From: Afifellaceae bacterium
GTDB taxonomy: Bacteria; Pseudomonadota; Alphaproteobacteria; Rhizobiales; Afifellaceae
Length of the DNA: 64,000 bases
Direction of reading: 5' to 3'
Assembly (NCBI GenBank): GCA_965216515.1
Contig: OZ244173.1
Location: 2,547,588 to 2,611,587 of the forward strand
The notes under the pieces were generated by a model that had not been told where the DNA came from, ran no database searches, and saw only the letters and a program-made list of their open reading frames with translations. The position numbers were made by a program, and so were the translations under genes. Position 1 is the stretch's first letter; every line of letters starts with the position of its first letter. This document shows, in pieces, positions 1-10,065 of this stretch.

Positions 1-1643
1 ACCGGCAGGCCGAGCCGCCTGGCCTCGTCGGGGGTCAGGTGCCGGGACTCAAGCAAGGCCCGCGCCGCGGCCAGATCCGCCTCGCGCCGCCCATGGGCCG
101 CCGCCCGCTCTGCGCCGACACAACCGGCCGCGATACCGGCCGGCGTCAGCCGCTGGTCGGCATTGTCGGCGCGCAACGACAGCCGGTATTCCGCCCGCGA
201 TGTAAACATCCGGTAGGGTTCGCTGACGCCCCGCGTTACCAGATCGTCGATCATGACGCCGAGATAGGCGTCAGTGCGGGCAAACACGACCCCGTCGGCA
301 CCGCCGGCGCGCCGCGCCGCATTGAGGCCGGCGACCAGCCCCTGGGCCGCCGCCTCCTCATAGCCGGTCGTGCCGTTGATCTGGCCGGCGAGATACAGTC
401 CCGGCAGCCTCTTGCATGCCAGCGTCGCGTCGAGTTCGCGCGGATCCACATGGTCGTATTCGATGGCATAGCCCGGCCGCAGGATTCGCGCCTGCTCAAG
501 GCCAGGAATGGTCCGCACCATTGCCTCCTGCACCGTTTCCGGCAGCGACGTGGAAATGCCGTTGGGATATACGGTCGGATCGTCCAGCCCCTCCGGTTCC
601 AGAAAAATCTGGTGGCTCGTGCGGTCGGCAAATCGCACGACCTTGTCTTCAATCGACGGGCAGTAGCGCGGGCCGGTGCTTTCGATCCGGCCGGAATAGA
701 TCGCCGACTTATCGAGATTGCGGGAAATCAGGTCGTGGGTGTGTCCCGTCGTCCGGGTGATATGGCAATCGATCTGTGGCGTTGTGATGGTGTCGGTCCG
801 CGTCGAAAACGGTTCCGGCGGATTGTCTCCCGGTTGCCGGTCAAGTCCCTCTCTGTCGATGGTTCGCCCGTCAAGCCGCGGCGGCGTGCCGGTCTTGAGC
901 CGCGACAGCCGAAATCCGAAGCGCGCCAGCGTCTTCGACAGGCCCAATGCCGGCGCTTCGCCGGCGCGCCCGGCCGGGATCTGCTTTTCCCCGATATGGA
1001 TCAGGCCACGCAGGAACGTGCCGGTCGTCAGCACGACCGCGCTGGCGCGAATTGTCCGCCCGTCGCCAAGCCGCACCCCGCTCACCCGCGCCTTCCGCCC
1101 CTCATCTTCCTGTTGTCCATCCGCACCCGATTCGCGGCCCGATTCCGTTTTCGCCGGCGCACCGTCAACGACCAGATCCTCAACCGCCGCTTCCACGACC
1201 GACAAATTCGGTACCGAATCGATTTCCGCCTGCATTGCCCGTCGGTAGAGCGCCCGGTCTGCCTGAGCGCGCGGGCCGCGGACCGCTGGCCCCTTGCGGC
1301 GATTGAGCACCCGGAATTGAATACCCGCCCGATCGATCGCCCGGCCCATCAATCCGTCAAGCGCATCCACTTCGCGGACAAGATGCCCCTTGCCCAGCCC
1401 GCCGATCGCCGGATTGCATGACATTTCACCGATTGTCGCCCGCTTGTGAGTCACCAGAATCGTATCGGCCCCGAATCGAGCCGCGGCCGCCGCAGCCTCA
1501 ACGCCTGCATGGCCGCCCCCGACGACGACAATGTCCGCCCGATCGGGGATCGCTGCAAGGGGGCGCACGCCGCTGTCGCCACCGGCTATTGCTGTACTGG
1601 TCGGGGCAGCGGTCGATGGGTTGGTGGTTCTGACAGTGGTCAT
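1..1643 (-). CDS. mnmG: tRNA uridine 5-carboxymethylaminomethyl modification enzyme MnmG (GidA), N-terminal ~547 aa; C-terminus runs off the window start
   Basis: Minus-strand translation from ATG at 1643..1641 gives MTTVRTTNP...[17 protein letters not shown] (FAD dinucleotide-binding motif) with no in-window stop. It is not in the ORF track because it is truncated at the edge. The plus-strand ORF 39..1421 is its antisense shadow. Confidence 0.9.
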   Translation of the reverse strand, partial: MTTVRTTNPSTAAPTSTAIAGGDSGVRPLAAIPDRADIVVVGGGHAGVEAAAAAARFGADTILVTHKRATIGEMSCNPAIGGLGKGHLVREVDALDGLMGRAIDRAGIQFRVLNRRKGPAVRGPRAQADRALYRRAMQAEIDSVPNLSVVEAAVEDLVVDGAPAKTESGRESGADGQQEDEGRKARVSGVRLGDGRTIRASAVVLTTGTFLRGLIHIGEKQIPAGRAGEAPALGLSKTLARFGFRLSRLKTGTPPRLDGRTIDREGLDRQPGDNPPEPFSTRTDTITTPQIDCHITRTTGHTHDLISRNLDKSAIYSGRIESTGPRYCPSIEDKVVRFADRTSHQIFLEPEGLDDPTVYPNGISTSLPETVQEAMVRTIPGLEQARILRPGYAIEYDHVDPRELDATLACKRLPGLYLAGQINGTTGYEEAAAQGLVAGLNAARRAGGADGVVFARTDAYLGVMIDDLVTRGVSEPYRMFTSRAEYRLSLRADNADQRLTPAGIAAGCVGAERAAAHGRREADLAAARALLESRHLTPDEARRLGLP

Positions 1644-1682
1644 GGCTGCGCTTTAACGGAATTTCCCGGCTTTGAGAACCGA

Positions 1683-1698
1683 TGTTTCACGTGAAACA
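1683..1698. repeat. Perfect 16-bp palindrome TGTTTCACGTGAAACA (copy 1), about 40 bp upstream of the mnmG start
   Basis: Read directly in the sequence. An identical copy lies at 1890..1905. Confidence 0.9.
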
Positions 1699-1889
1699 CG
1701 GTGGCAGGCCAATTCGAGATCTGGGGCTTGGGCGTCGCACTCTGCCGCCCCGCCTTTCCGGATCCGGCACCCGTGCCGGCAAATAGCCCGGACCCGACAT
1801 CGTGCAATGTGCCGCGATTGCGCGATTCCCCGGCGACTTCAAATAGCGTTGATCGCGGCGCTGATGTAAGGCGTCGCCGGCAGGTTCCC

Positions 1890-1905
1890 TGTTTCACGTG
1901 AAACA
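1890..1905. repeat. Perfect 16-bp palindrome TGTTTCACGTGAAACA (copy 2), 6 bp before the mnmE stop codon
   Basis: Read directly in the sequence. Centres of the two copies are 207 bp apart. The flanks extend the inverted symmetry (GATGTTTCACGTGAAACA in copy 1 and in the reverse complement of copy 2). Confidence 0.9.
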
Positions 1906-1911
1906 TCCGCC

Positions 1912-3252
1912 TCACTTGCCGATGCAGAACTCGCCGAACAATCGGTCAAGCACGCGCTCGACATCGACCCTGCCGGTGATCACCCCCACTTCATGAAGCG
2001 CAGCGCGTATGTGCTCCGCCGTTATCTCGAGCGGCTGCTCTGGCACCTTCGCCTTCGCCACCGCATCCCGGCATCGATCCAGCGCGTCCCGTTGCCGTTG
2101 CCGCGCGATTACGCCGCTGTCGCCCGTTGCCATTCTGGACCGCGCGAATGCTCCAAGTCGCGTGCGCAAGGCCGCCAGGCCCTCTCCGGACTGCGCCGAG
2201 ATATACACGTCATAGGCCGTACCGATCCGGTTCCTGTTATGATCGTCAACCAGGTCGGTTTTGGTTCGCACCCGCCACGTACATACGCCGCACAATTCCT
2301 CCCCATCGACCACCCATTCATCGTCTTCCAAACTGCCTGAACCATCATCCAGCACCAGCACCAGGTCGCTGGCTCCAGCGGCCCGCCGGGCACGCCGCAT
2401 CCCTTCCTGCTCCACCGCGCCGCCACCGGCCCGCATCCCCGCCGTGTCGAAAACATGCACCGGGTATCCGAAGATATCCAGGCGCGCCTCAAGCACGTCC
2501 CGCGTCGTTCCCGGCGTGTCATGCACAATCGCCACATCCCGCGCTGCCAATGTGTTGACCAGCGTCGACTTCCCGACGTTCGGCGGCCCGATCAGCGCTA
2601 CGCGCAGGCCGCTGCGCACCCGCTCCGCCGCTTCCGCCGACCCCAGCAGCTCCCGGACCTGTCCGTCGATTTCCCTCAGCGCCGCGTCAAGGCTAAAAGT
2701 ACCCTCATCCACATCATCTTCATCGGAAAAATCAATCCGCGCTTCAACCTGCGCCAACACGCCAATCAGCCTGTCGCGCAGGCCCGCTATCTCTCGCGCC
2801 ACCGAGCCTTCTGCAATGGCCAGCGCCTGCCGCCGCTGCGCTTCAGTTTCGGCACCGATTAGATCCGCGAGACCCTCCACTTGCGTCAGATCCAGCCGAC
2901 CATTGTCAAATGCCCGACGCGTGAATTCGCCCGCATCCGCCATTCTCAGTGCACGCTGTTTCGCTAACGAATCAATGACCGCCTGCACAGTCGCAACGCC
3001 CCCGTGACAGTGAAACTCCGCGCAATCATCTCCCGTGAAGCTCGCCGGTTTTGCCATCCAGTAGACCAGCGCCCGATCAAGAAACAATCCCGTACCCGGA
3101 TCACGCAGCGCCCGCAAAACCATCCGACGCTCCGGGGGTATCGCAGTCCCGGTCATTTCGGCGAGCACACCTCGCACATCCGGACCCGACAACCGGATCA
3201 CCGCGACCCCGGCCGGCAACCCGCCGCTCGAAAGCGCAAATATGGTGTCCAT
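1912..3252 (-). CDS. mnmE: tRNA modification GTPase MnmE (TrmE)
   Basis: 446-aa ORF with G-domain GPPNVGKSTLVNTLA and a C-terminal CIGK tetrapeptide. It lies immediately upstream of mnmG, the classic mnmE-mnmG arrangement. Confidence 0.9.
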   Translation of the reverse strand: MDTIFALSSGGLPAGVAVIRLSGPDVRGVLAEMTGTAIPPERRMVLRALRDPGTGLFLDRALVYWMAKPASFTGDDCAEFHCHGGVATVQAVIDSLAKQRALRMADAGEFTRRAFDNGRLDLTQVEGLADLIGAETEAQRRQALAIAEGSVAREIAGLRDRLIGVLAQVEARIDFSDEDDVDEGTFSLDAALREIDGQVRELLGSAEAAERVRSGLRVALIGPPNVGKSTLVNTLAARDVAIVHDTPGTTRDVLEARLDIFGYPVHVFDTAGMRAGGGAVEQEGMRRARRAAGASDLVLVLDDGSGSLEDDEWVVDGEELCGVCTWRVRTKTDLVDDHNRNRIGTAYDVYISAQSGEGLAALRTRLGAFARSRMATGDSGVIARQRQRDALDRCRDAVAKAKVPEQPLEITAEHIRAALHEVGVITGRVDVERVLDRLFGEFCIGK

Positions 3253-3363
3253 ACCACCTCCCTGGACACTGTCGCTCCGCCGTCAACATTACAGCCGAAC
3301 CTTAACCGAACCCGTTCCGCCAAGGCGACATTCCTCAATCGGATATCTGCATGTTTAATTTCG

Positions 3364-3378
3364 TTAACGAATCGTTAA
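3364..3378. promoter_or_regulatory. CtrA-box-like motif TTAA-N7-TTAA with an embedded GANTC (GAATC) in an AT-rich patch about 110 bp upstream of mnmE
   Basis: The sequence is gTTAAcgaatcgTTAAaa. A third TTAA sits 5 bp upstream (3355..3358). Local AT-richness (3330-3385) contrasts with ~65% GC elsewhere. Confidence 0.35.
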
Positions 3379-3704
3379 AACACTACGGAAGCGAATCGAT
3401 ACCCGGTCATCAGCCCACCTGAGCCGATCAGATCCTTCCTGGATCAAACGCCGCCGTCCCCAACGGTTTCGCTACCGACTCAATCCGCTTCCGGGTCGCG
3501 CGGCGCAGGCCCTGTCAAACCAATTCGATCGCCGGTTTCGGTATAACCTCCGGCGCCGGTTTCTCAGAATCCTCAAAATGCCGGACGCAGGTTCCGGGCA
3601 CACCGCTATTCGGCTCATCCCGTTCCGTTGGGCGATTCCAAATATCATATCGCCGATGATCGGGGCGGACTGCTCCGTTGATCCGGCCCGCCGAACCGCG
3701 CCGA

Positions 3705-4970
3705 TCAGGTATTCATCGAATCGAAAAATTCACTGTTCGATTTGGTCTGCTTCAGCTTGTCGAGCAGGAACTCGATCGCATCGACCACGCCCATCGACGA
3801 CAGGATTCTGCGCAGCACAAACACCTTCTGCAAATCGCCTTTCGGCACCAGAAGCTCTTCCTTCCGTGTCCCGGACTTCAGGATATCCATGGATGGGAAC
3901 ACCCGTTTGTCGGCGACCTTGCGATCCAGCACGATCTCCGAATTGCCCGTCCCCTTGAACTCCTCGAAAATCACCTCGTCCATCCGGCTCCCGGTATCGA
4001 TCAGCGCTGTCGCGATGATCGTCATCGACCCGCCTTCCTCGATATTCCGCGCCGCGCCGAAAAACCGTTTTGGCCGCTGCAGGGCGTTGGCATCCACACC
4101 GCCCGTCAGCACCTTGCCCGAGGACGGCACCACCGTGTTGTAGGCCCGGCCCAGCCTGGTTATGGAGTCCAGCAGGATCACCACGTCGCGCCCGTGCTCC
4201 ACCAGCCGCTTGGCTTTCTCGATCACCATTTCCGCGACCTGCACATGCCGCGCCGCCGGCTCGTCGAACGTCGAAGATATTACTTCGCCGCGCACCGTCC
4301 TTTGCATGTCCGTCACCTCTTCGGGACGTTCATCGATCAACAGCACGATCAGGTAGGCCTCCGGATGATTGCTGGTTATCGACTTGGCAATATTCTGCAA
4401 CAGCACCGTCTTGCCGGTCCTTGGCGGTGCGACGATCAATCCCCGCTGGCCCTTCCCCAGCGGTGCGACCAGATCGATCACCCGCGCCGACATATCCTTC
4501 ACGGTCGGATCGTCGGTCTCCATATTGAACCGCTCATCGGGGTAGAGCGGCGTCAGATTGTCAAAGTGGACCTTGTGCCTTGCTTTTTCCGGGTCCTCGA
4601 AATTGATACTGTTGACCTTCAGCAACGCAAAATACCGCTCGCCCTCCTTGGGGCTGCGGATCTGCCCTTCGACCGTATCGCCGGTCCGCAGCGAAAACCG
4701 GCGGATTTGCGAAGGTGATACATAGATATCATCCGGTCCCGGCAGATAGTTGGCGTCGGGAGATCGCAGAAAACCGAATCCGTCCTGCAACACCTCCACC
4801 ACGCCTTCGCCGATGATGTCGATATCCTGTTCCGCCAGGTTCTTGAGTATGGCAAACATCAATTCCTGTTTGCGCAAAGTGCTGGCGTTTTCCACCTCGT
4901 GTTCCTCGGCAAAGGCGAGCAACTCCGTCGGCGACTTCGCTTTCAATTCCTGTAATTTCATTTCAGACAT
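3705..4970 (-). CDS. rho: Transcription termination factor Rho
   Basis: The ORF 3705..5132 contains the full Rho (RNA-binding domain, Walker [10 protein letters not shown]-terminal ...FFDSMNT). The start is placed at the internal Met [10 protein letters not shown] (ATG 4970..4968), giving ~421 aa, typical of Rho. The 54-aa track extension upstream is Ser/Gly/Arg-rich and unlikely to be coding. Confidence 0.9.
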   Translation of the reverse strand: MSEMKLQELKAKSPTELLAFAEEHEVENASTLRKQELMFAILKNLAEQDIDIIGEGVVEVLQDGFGFLRSPDANYLPGPDDIYVSPSQIRRFSLRTGDTVEGQIRSPKEGERYFALLKVNSINFEDPEKARHKVHFDNLTPLYPDERFNMETDDPTVKDMSARVIDLVAPLGKGQRGLIVAPPRTGKTVLLQNIAKSITSNHPEAYLIVLLIDERPEEVTDMQRTVRGEVISSTFDEPAARHVQVAEMVIEKAKRLVEHGRDVVILLDSITRLGRAYNTVVPSSGKVLTGGVDANALQRPKRFFGAARNIEEGGSMTIIATALIDTGSRMDEVIFEEFKGTGNSEIVLDRKVADKRVFPSMDILKSGTRKEELLVPKGDLQKVFVLRRILSSMGVVDAIEFLLDKLKQTKSNSEFFDSMNT

Positions 4971-5210
4971 GGTCTCAATTCCGGAAGGACGGCAAAATGC
5001 GGGTATTGGGTGCAGCGGCGCTGTGCGATCGTCGCGAGGCTCGATGGTTCGTCGTATTTCGGAAAACCGGAGGAAAAGCCGCTCGGATCCTGAAGACCCA
5101 TTCGCAGACCCCGCCCCGGAAAAGGGCTTCACACAGCGTCGGAAACGCTAGGATTGCCTTTAAGATAATCCCACATCGCCGATTCGACAAGTGGCAATTC
5201 CGGCACCCCG

Positions 5211-5633
5211 TTAAAACGGTTTCACCACCACCATCACGACGATCCCGATCATCAGCACCGTCGGCACCTCATTGACGATCCTGTAGTACCGCGCCGGCCG
5301 CGTATTGCCATCCCGGGCAAACGTCTTCACCCAGCCCGCCAGCATCCCATGAAATGCGCTCAGGCCCACCACCAGCACCGCCTTGACGTGAAACCAGCCT
5401 TCCGTCCAGCCGCCCGATTCCACCGCCAGCCATACCCCAAACACCCAACTGCCGATCATCGCCGGCGTCGCGATCCCCTTCAGCAGCCGACGCTCCATGA
5501 TCTTGAACGTTTCCGACTGGACCGATCCCGCATCCGCATCCGCGTGATACACCATCAGCCGCGGCAGATAGAGCAGGGCGGCCATCCAGGAGATTACCGC
5601 CAAAATATGCGCTGCTTTCACCCACACCATCAC
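5211..5633 (-). CDS. hemJ: Protoporphyrinogen IX oxidase HemJ family (UPF0093/TIGR00701-like membrane protein)
   Basis: 140-aa polytopic membrane protein ([31 protein letters not shown]...). Its start overlaps the hemE stop by 4 nt. The hemE-hemJ pairing is common in alpha-proteobacteria. Confidence 0.75.
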   Translation of the reverse strand: MMVWVKAAHILAVISWMAALLYLPRLMVYHADADAGSVQSETFKIMERRLLKGIATPAMIGSWVFGVWLAVESGGWTEGWFHVKAVLVVGLSAFHGMLAGWVKTFARDGNTRPARYYRIVNEVPTVLMIGIVVMVVVKPF

Positions 5634-6679
5634 AATCCGCGCACCCGGCGAACCAGTGCCCCGACGTGCTCAGGCGGCGTATCCGGCTGTATTCCGTGAC
5701 CAAGGTTGAAGATATGCGGATGCCCGTCCATCGCGCCCAGTATGCGTTCGACGCCGTCCTCCATTGACCGCCCGCCCGTCATCAGCCGCAACGGATCGAG
5801 ATTTCCCTGCAATGCCTTGTCCGTCGCTTGTCGGGCCGCCGCCAGCGGCATTGTCCAGTCGATACCATACCCGTCCCCCCCGGTTGCCGCCGCATAGGCC
5901 GCCAGCCTTTGCCCGCATCCCTTGGCAAACAATATGATCCGCGCATCCGGCCGCCGGCTCCGGACACCGGCCACGATCGCCGCCACCGGCGCAACCGCCC
6001 ACCGCTCAAACAAATCATCATCCAGTACCCCGGCCCAGCTGTCGAATATCTGCACCGCATCCACCCCGGCATCGATCTGCCCCACCAGATAATCGATCGA
6101 AGCTCCCACGAGTATCTCGATCAGCGTCCCGAACCCTTCCGGATCCGCAAGTGCCAACAACCGCGCCGGCCTCTGGTCCGGCGTCCCCCGACCCGCAACC
6201 ATATAGGTCGCCACCGTCCAGGGCGCCCCGCAAAACCCGATCAGCGCCTTTTCGCCATCCAGATTTTCGCGCACCCGCGACACGGTTTCCAGCACCGGCG
6301 CCAGATGCCTCATCACCCGCGCCGGCTTCAGCCCCGATACCGCACCCGGCGACAACATCATCCCATTCCCCTGCGAAACGGCGAGCGCATCCAGGACCGG
6401 GCCTTCACCGGCTTCAAACCGCACCTTCTGTCCCAGACCGTCCGGGATCACCAGAATGTCGGAAAACAAAATCGCGCAATCGACATCGAACCGATGCACC
6501 GGTTGCAACGTCACCTCTGCTGCCAGCTTTGGCGAATAGCAAAGATCAAGAAACGATCCCGCCGCCGCGCGGACCTTTCGGTATTCGGGTAGATACCGTC
6601 CCGCCTGACGCATGAGCCAGACCGGTGGCGGCGTAACGGCTTCGCCCGCCAGCACACGCGCAAGACTGGTTTTCCTCAT
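5630..6679 (-). CDS. hemE: Uroporphyrinogen decarboxylase
   Basis: 349 aa with the N-terminal signature [16 protein letters not shown] and full-length similarity to HemE. Confidence 0.9.
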   Translation of the reverse strand: MRKTSLARVLAGEAVTPPPVWLMRQAGRYLPEYRKVRAAAGSFLDLCYSPKLAAEVTLQPVHRFDVDCAILFSDILVIPDGLGQKVRFEAGEGPVLDALAVSQGNGMMLSPGAVSGLKPARVMRHLAPVLETVSRVRENLDGEKALIGFCGAPWTVATYMVAGRGTPDQRPARLLALADPEGFGTLIEILVGASIDYLVGQIDAGVDAVQIFDSWAGVLDDDLFERWAVAPVAAIVAGVRSRRPDARIILFAKGCGQRLAAYAAATGGDGYGIDWTMPLAAARQATDKALQGNLDPLRLMTGGRSMEDGVERILGAMDGHPHIFNLGHGIQPDTPPEHVGALVRRVRGL

Positions 6680-7077
6680 ATCGACTTCAACCCTTCTTTT
6701 TCAAAACCGTCTAGATTCTTTATGTTGATTCTTTTGGGCCGGGGATAAGAAGGATTATGCCTTGCCCACATTTTGCGCCTGCCGCCGCCCTGGCATTGCG
6801 GCGCACCCCACGCCCCGGCATTATGTGGACGAATTTCGGGATAAATCGGAATTTCCATTTATTTTCAAGGTATTAATGATTTCTGGAAATCACGATATCC
6901 ACGCAATTGAGCCAGCTTCTTTTGTACAATCCGGTTGTCACCAGCCTTCCGATCACCATCTGCATCTTGTCCCCGTTGCATTCAACTGTTGATCTGGATT
7001 GAAAAGCGGGCGACATCAACCGCCATGACGCCTCACCGGCGCGATTTGTCCGACCAACACACACAGTCTTCGACAGC
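6680..7077. other. Putative chromosomal replication origin (oriC / Cori-like) in the hemE <-> DUF299 divergent spacer
   Basis: The flanks follow the conserved alpha-proteobacterial origin gene order (hemE | ori | DUF299-maf-aroE-coaE-dnaQ). An AT-rich ~60-bp stretch lies at 6841-6900 (about 35% GC). Three 7/9 DnaA-box-like 9-mers: cGGGGATAA at 6740-6748, TGTGGAcgA at 6824-6832, aTATCCACg at 6895-6903. Two GANTC sites sit in a GATTCTTT direct repeat (6714-6721, 6727-6734). An inverted repeat GATTTC-tg-GAAATC lies at 6878-6891. Confidence 0.5.
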
Positions 7078-7908
7078 TTGTCCAAACGCCGCTTCTTCCA
7101 TCTTCACCTTGTCTCCGACGCCACCGGCGAGACCCTCGTCAGCGTGGCCCGGGCCGCGGCGGCGCAGTATGCCGCCATCAACGCCATCGAACATATTCAT
7201 TCCCTGGTCCGCACCCGCGCCCAGGCCGAGGCCGTTGCCCGCAAGATCGAGGATGCGCCGGGGATCGTTCTTTATACCCTTGTCGACGAGGAGACGGCGG
7301 CGGCGCTGGAGACGGAGTGTACGAAACTTGGCGTCCCCACCGTTTCGGTGCTGGCGCCGGTGCTGAATGCCTTCCAGTCCTATCTCGGTGCACCGTCAAC
7401 CGGCCGCGTCGGCGCCCAGCATGCGCTCGATGCCGACTATTTCCGCCGCATCGATGCGCTCAATTTCACGCTGGCCCACGACGATGGCGCTTTGCCGGAA
7501 AACATGGACGACGCCGATGTCGTCATCGTTGGCGTCAGCCGGACATCCAAGACGCCGACATCGATCTATCTTGCCAACCGTGGTGTGCGGACCACCAACA
7601 TGCCGCTTGTTCCGGGTGTCGAACTGCCTGAAAAGATTGTCAGCGCCCGCAAGCCGCTGGTCATCGGTTTGGTCGCCAGCCCCGACCGGATTGTTCAGAT
7701 TCGCGAACATCGCGTCCTCGCCATGAATGCCGACGAGCGCGTCGATTCCTACACCGACCGCACCGCCGTCGCCGAAGAGGTTGCCGCCAGCCGCAAACTG
7801 TGCGCACGCAACGGCTGGCCGGTGATTGATGTCACACGCCGCTCCATCGAGGAGATTGCCGCCGCGATCCTCGGCCTTCTTGCCCAACGCCGGGCGGCCG
7901 GCCCATGA
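7078..7908 (+). CDS. DUF299 family protein (putative pyruvate,phosphate dikinase / PEP synthetase regulatory kinase-phosphorylase; homolog of the first ORF after Caulobacter Cori)
   Basis: 276 aa beginning MSKRRFFHLHLVSDATGETL with P-loop-like GVSRTSKTPTS. It has a TTG start at 7078. An in-frame stop lies just upstream, so no ATG alternative exists. Confidence 0.8.
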   Translation: MSKRRFFHLHLVSDATGETLVSVARAAAAQYAAINAIEHIHSLVRTRAQAEAVARKIEDAPGIVLYTLVDEETAAALETECTKLGVPTVSVLAPVLNAFQSYLGAPSTGRVGAQHALDADYFRRIDALNFTLAHDDGALPENMDDADVVIVGVSRTSKTPTSIYLANRGVRTTNMPLVPGVELPEKIVSARKPLVIGLVASPDRIVQIREHRVLAMNADERVDSYTDRTAVAEEVAASRKLCARNGWPVIDVTRRSIEEIAAAILGLLAQRRAAGP

Positions 7909-8495
7909 ACCTCGTTCTGGCATCGGCGAGCCGCACCCGGCAGGCATTGCTGAAGGCCGCCGGGCTCGAATTTGTCAGCGAACCCGCCGGTATCGACGAA
8001 CGCCAGGCCGAAGCGCCGCTGATCGCCGCCGGCGCCAGCGTTGCCGATCTTGCCCAGGCCCTGGCCATGGTCAAGGCGTCGACCGTGTCCGAACGACGGC
8101 CCGGCGATCTCGTCATCGGTGCCGACCAAACCCTGGACCTTGAAGGCGAACGCCTGACCAAGCCCGCCGACATGGAGGCGGCCCGCCGGCAGCTGCGCGC
8201 CCTGTCCGGCCGCACCCACCGGCTTCACTCCGCGCTTGCCTGCGCCCGCGACGGCACTGTCGTGTGGCAGACCGGCGAAACCGCGCACATGACGATGCGC
8301 GATCTCTCGCCGCACCAGATCGGCCGCTATCTGGCCGATGTCGGCGCCCTGGCCCTGCAGAGCGTCGGCGCCTACCAGATCGAGGGGCGGGGTATCCGTT
8401 TGTTCGACCGCATCGAAGGCAGTCACTTCGCCATTCTCGGCCTGCCGATGCTGCCGCTGCTGGCTTTCCTGCGCGGACAAGGGGCGATCGGGTGA
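7905..8495 (+). CDS. maf: Maf-like nucleoside triphosphate pyrophosphatase (septum formation protein Maf)
   Basis: 196 aa beginning MNLVLASASRTRQALLKAAGL. Its ATG overlaps the upstream stop (ATGA). Confidence 0.85.
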   Translation: MNLVLASASRTRQALLKAAGLEFVSEPAGIDERQAEAPLIAAGASVADLAQALAMVKASTVSERRPGDLVIGADQTLDLEGERLTKPADMEAARRQLRALSGRTHRLHSALACARDGTVVWQTGETAHMTMRDLSPHQIGRYLADVGALALQSVGAYQIEGRGIRLFDRIEGSHFAILGLPMLPLLAFLRGQGAIG

Positions 8496-9334
8496 TCGGC
8501 GCGCAACCGCGCGCCTGCGTCGTCGGCTGGCCGATCGCCCATTCACGCTCGCCGCTGATCCATGGCCACTGGCTGGAACGGTACGGGCTGTCCGGTTCCT
8601 ATGGCCGCCATGCCCTGGCACCCGATGACGCAGAGCGGTTTTTTGCCGACCTCGGCGGTCATGGCTATGTTGGCTGCAATGTCACCCTGCCGCACAAGGA
8701 GACCGCCTGGCGGGCGCTGGATCGGGCGACGCCGATCGCCGATCGGCTGCGCGCCGCCAACACCTTGTGGCTGGAAGACGGGATCCTGTGTGGCGACAAC
8801 ACCGATGTTTACGGTTTTCTTGCCAATCTCGACGACCGGGCAGGCGGCTGGGACAGCGGCGGCCCGGCGCTGGTGATCGGTGCCGGCGGTTCCGCCCGCG
8901 CGGTTGTCCATGCCCTGGTCGATCGCGGCCTTGGTCCCATCCATGTCTTGAACCGCACGCGCGATCGCGCTGTCGCGCTGGCCGCCGACATCGACGGGCC
9001 GATCTCGCCGGCCGGCCTCGATACGGTCAATGACGCGATCGCGCATGCGACCCTTGTCGTCAACACGACATCGGCGGCCCTGAAGGGTGAAGGCGATCCG
9101 CTGGCCATCGACTGGCGGCGGGCAAGTTCCGCGGCCCTTGCCGCCGACATCACCTATGTGCCCCTGATGACCCCGTTCCTGGCGGCTGCCGCCCAGGCCG
9201 GACTGCCCGTGTGCGACGGCCTCGGCATGCTGCTGCACCAGGCGGTGCCGGGATTTGAGCGCTGGTTCGGGCGCCGGCCGGAGGTCGACAACGCCCTGCG
9301 TGAACGGGTGATCGCCGACCTGGAGGCCGGCTGA
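8492..9334 (+). CDS. aroE: Shikimate dehydrogenase
   Basis: The ORF 8264..9334 contains AroE (GWPIAHSRSPLIHGHWL..., NVTLPHK, GAGGSARAV). The start is placed at GTG 8492 (VIGAQPRACVVGW), overlapping the maf stop (GTGA). The upstream track extension is Arg/Pro-rich. Confidence 0.85.
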   Translation: MIGAQPRACVVGWPIAHSRSPLIHGHWLERYGLSGSYGRHALAPDDAERFFADLGGHGYVGCNVTLPHKETAWRALDRATPIADRLRAANTLWLEDGILCGDNTDVYGFLANLDDRAGGWDSGGPALVIGAGGSARAVVHALVDRGLGPIHVLNRTRDRAVALAADIDGPISPAGLDTVNDAIAHATLVVNTTSAALKGEGDPLAIDWRRASSAALAADITYVPLMTPFLAAAAQAGLPVCDGLGMLLHQAVPGFERWFGRRPEVDNALRERVIADLEAG

Positions 9335-9921
9335 TGCGGATCATCGGCCTCACCGGCGTCATCGGCGCCGGCAAGACCACCACCGCCGGGTTGTTCGCGC
9401 AACGCGGTATCCCGGCTCACGACGCCGATCGCAGCGTCCACACCCTTTACCGGGGCGCCGCCGCGCCGGCGATCGAGGCCGCCTTTCCCGGCACGACATC
9501 CGATGGTGTCGTCGATCGCGACCGGTTGGCAGCGGCGGTCCTCGATGACCGCGCGGCGCTCCGGCGGCTCGAATCGATCGTTCATCCGCTCGTGATCGAT
9601 GATCGAAATCAATTCATTGCGAAAGCGAAACAAAACCTGTGTCGCGCGGTTGTGCTGGATATTCCGTTGCTGTTTGAGATCAATGCCGATCGTTTCGTCG
9701 ACGTTATAATTACCGCGACGGCCGCCCCCGAGATCCTGCGGGACCGGGTCATGAAGCGGCCGCGGATGACGGACCGGAAATACCGGGCGCTCCTTGACCG
9801 TCAGATGTCCGACTCCGAAAAGCGCCGGCGTGCCCATTTCACGGTCGATACGGGGCAGGGGTTGGCGGCCGCCGGGCGGCGGGTTCACGGGCTGGTGCGG
9901 GCGCTCGCTTTCACCGTTTAG
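9334..9921 (+). CDS. coaE: Dephospho-CoA kinase
   Basis: 195 aa beginning MRIIGLTGVIGAGKTT (P-loop). Its ATG overlaps the aroE stop (TGATG). Confidence 0.85.
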   Translation: MRIIGLTGVIGAGKTTTAGLFAQRGIPAHDADRSVHTLYRGAAAPAIEAAFPGTTSDGVVDRDRLAAAVLDDRAALRRLESIVHPLVIDDRNQFIAKAKQNLCRAVVLDIPLLFEINADRFVDVIITATAAPEILRDRVMKRPRMTDRKYRALLDRQMSDSEKRRRAHFTVDTGQGLAAAGRRVHGLVRALAFTV

Positions 9922-10065
9922 GTCGCCGGTCTCTTCCCGGGCTTGTGCGCATGCCGGTTTCGCGCATGTTCCGGGGCCGGACAATGCACGCGGCCGCCCG
10001 CAGGATTCCGGGGATGGCCACATCACGCACTTGCGCCGATCCGGCCGAATGCCGAAAGTGCCGCC

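Noticed and set aside
6680-7077. CtrA boxes (TTAA-N7-TTAA) inside the putative origin
   Set aside because: Only isolated TTAA half-sites are present (e.g. TTAATGATTTCTGGA). No full site was found, so CtrA control of this origin is not claimed.
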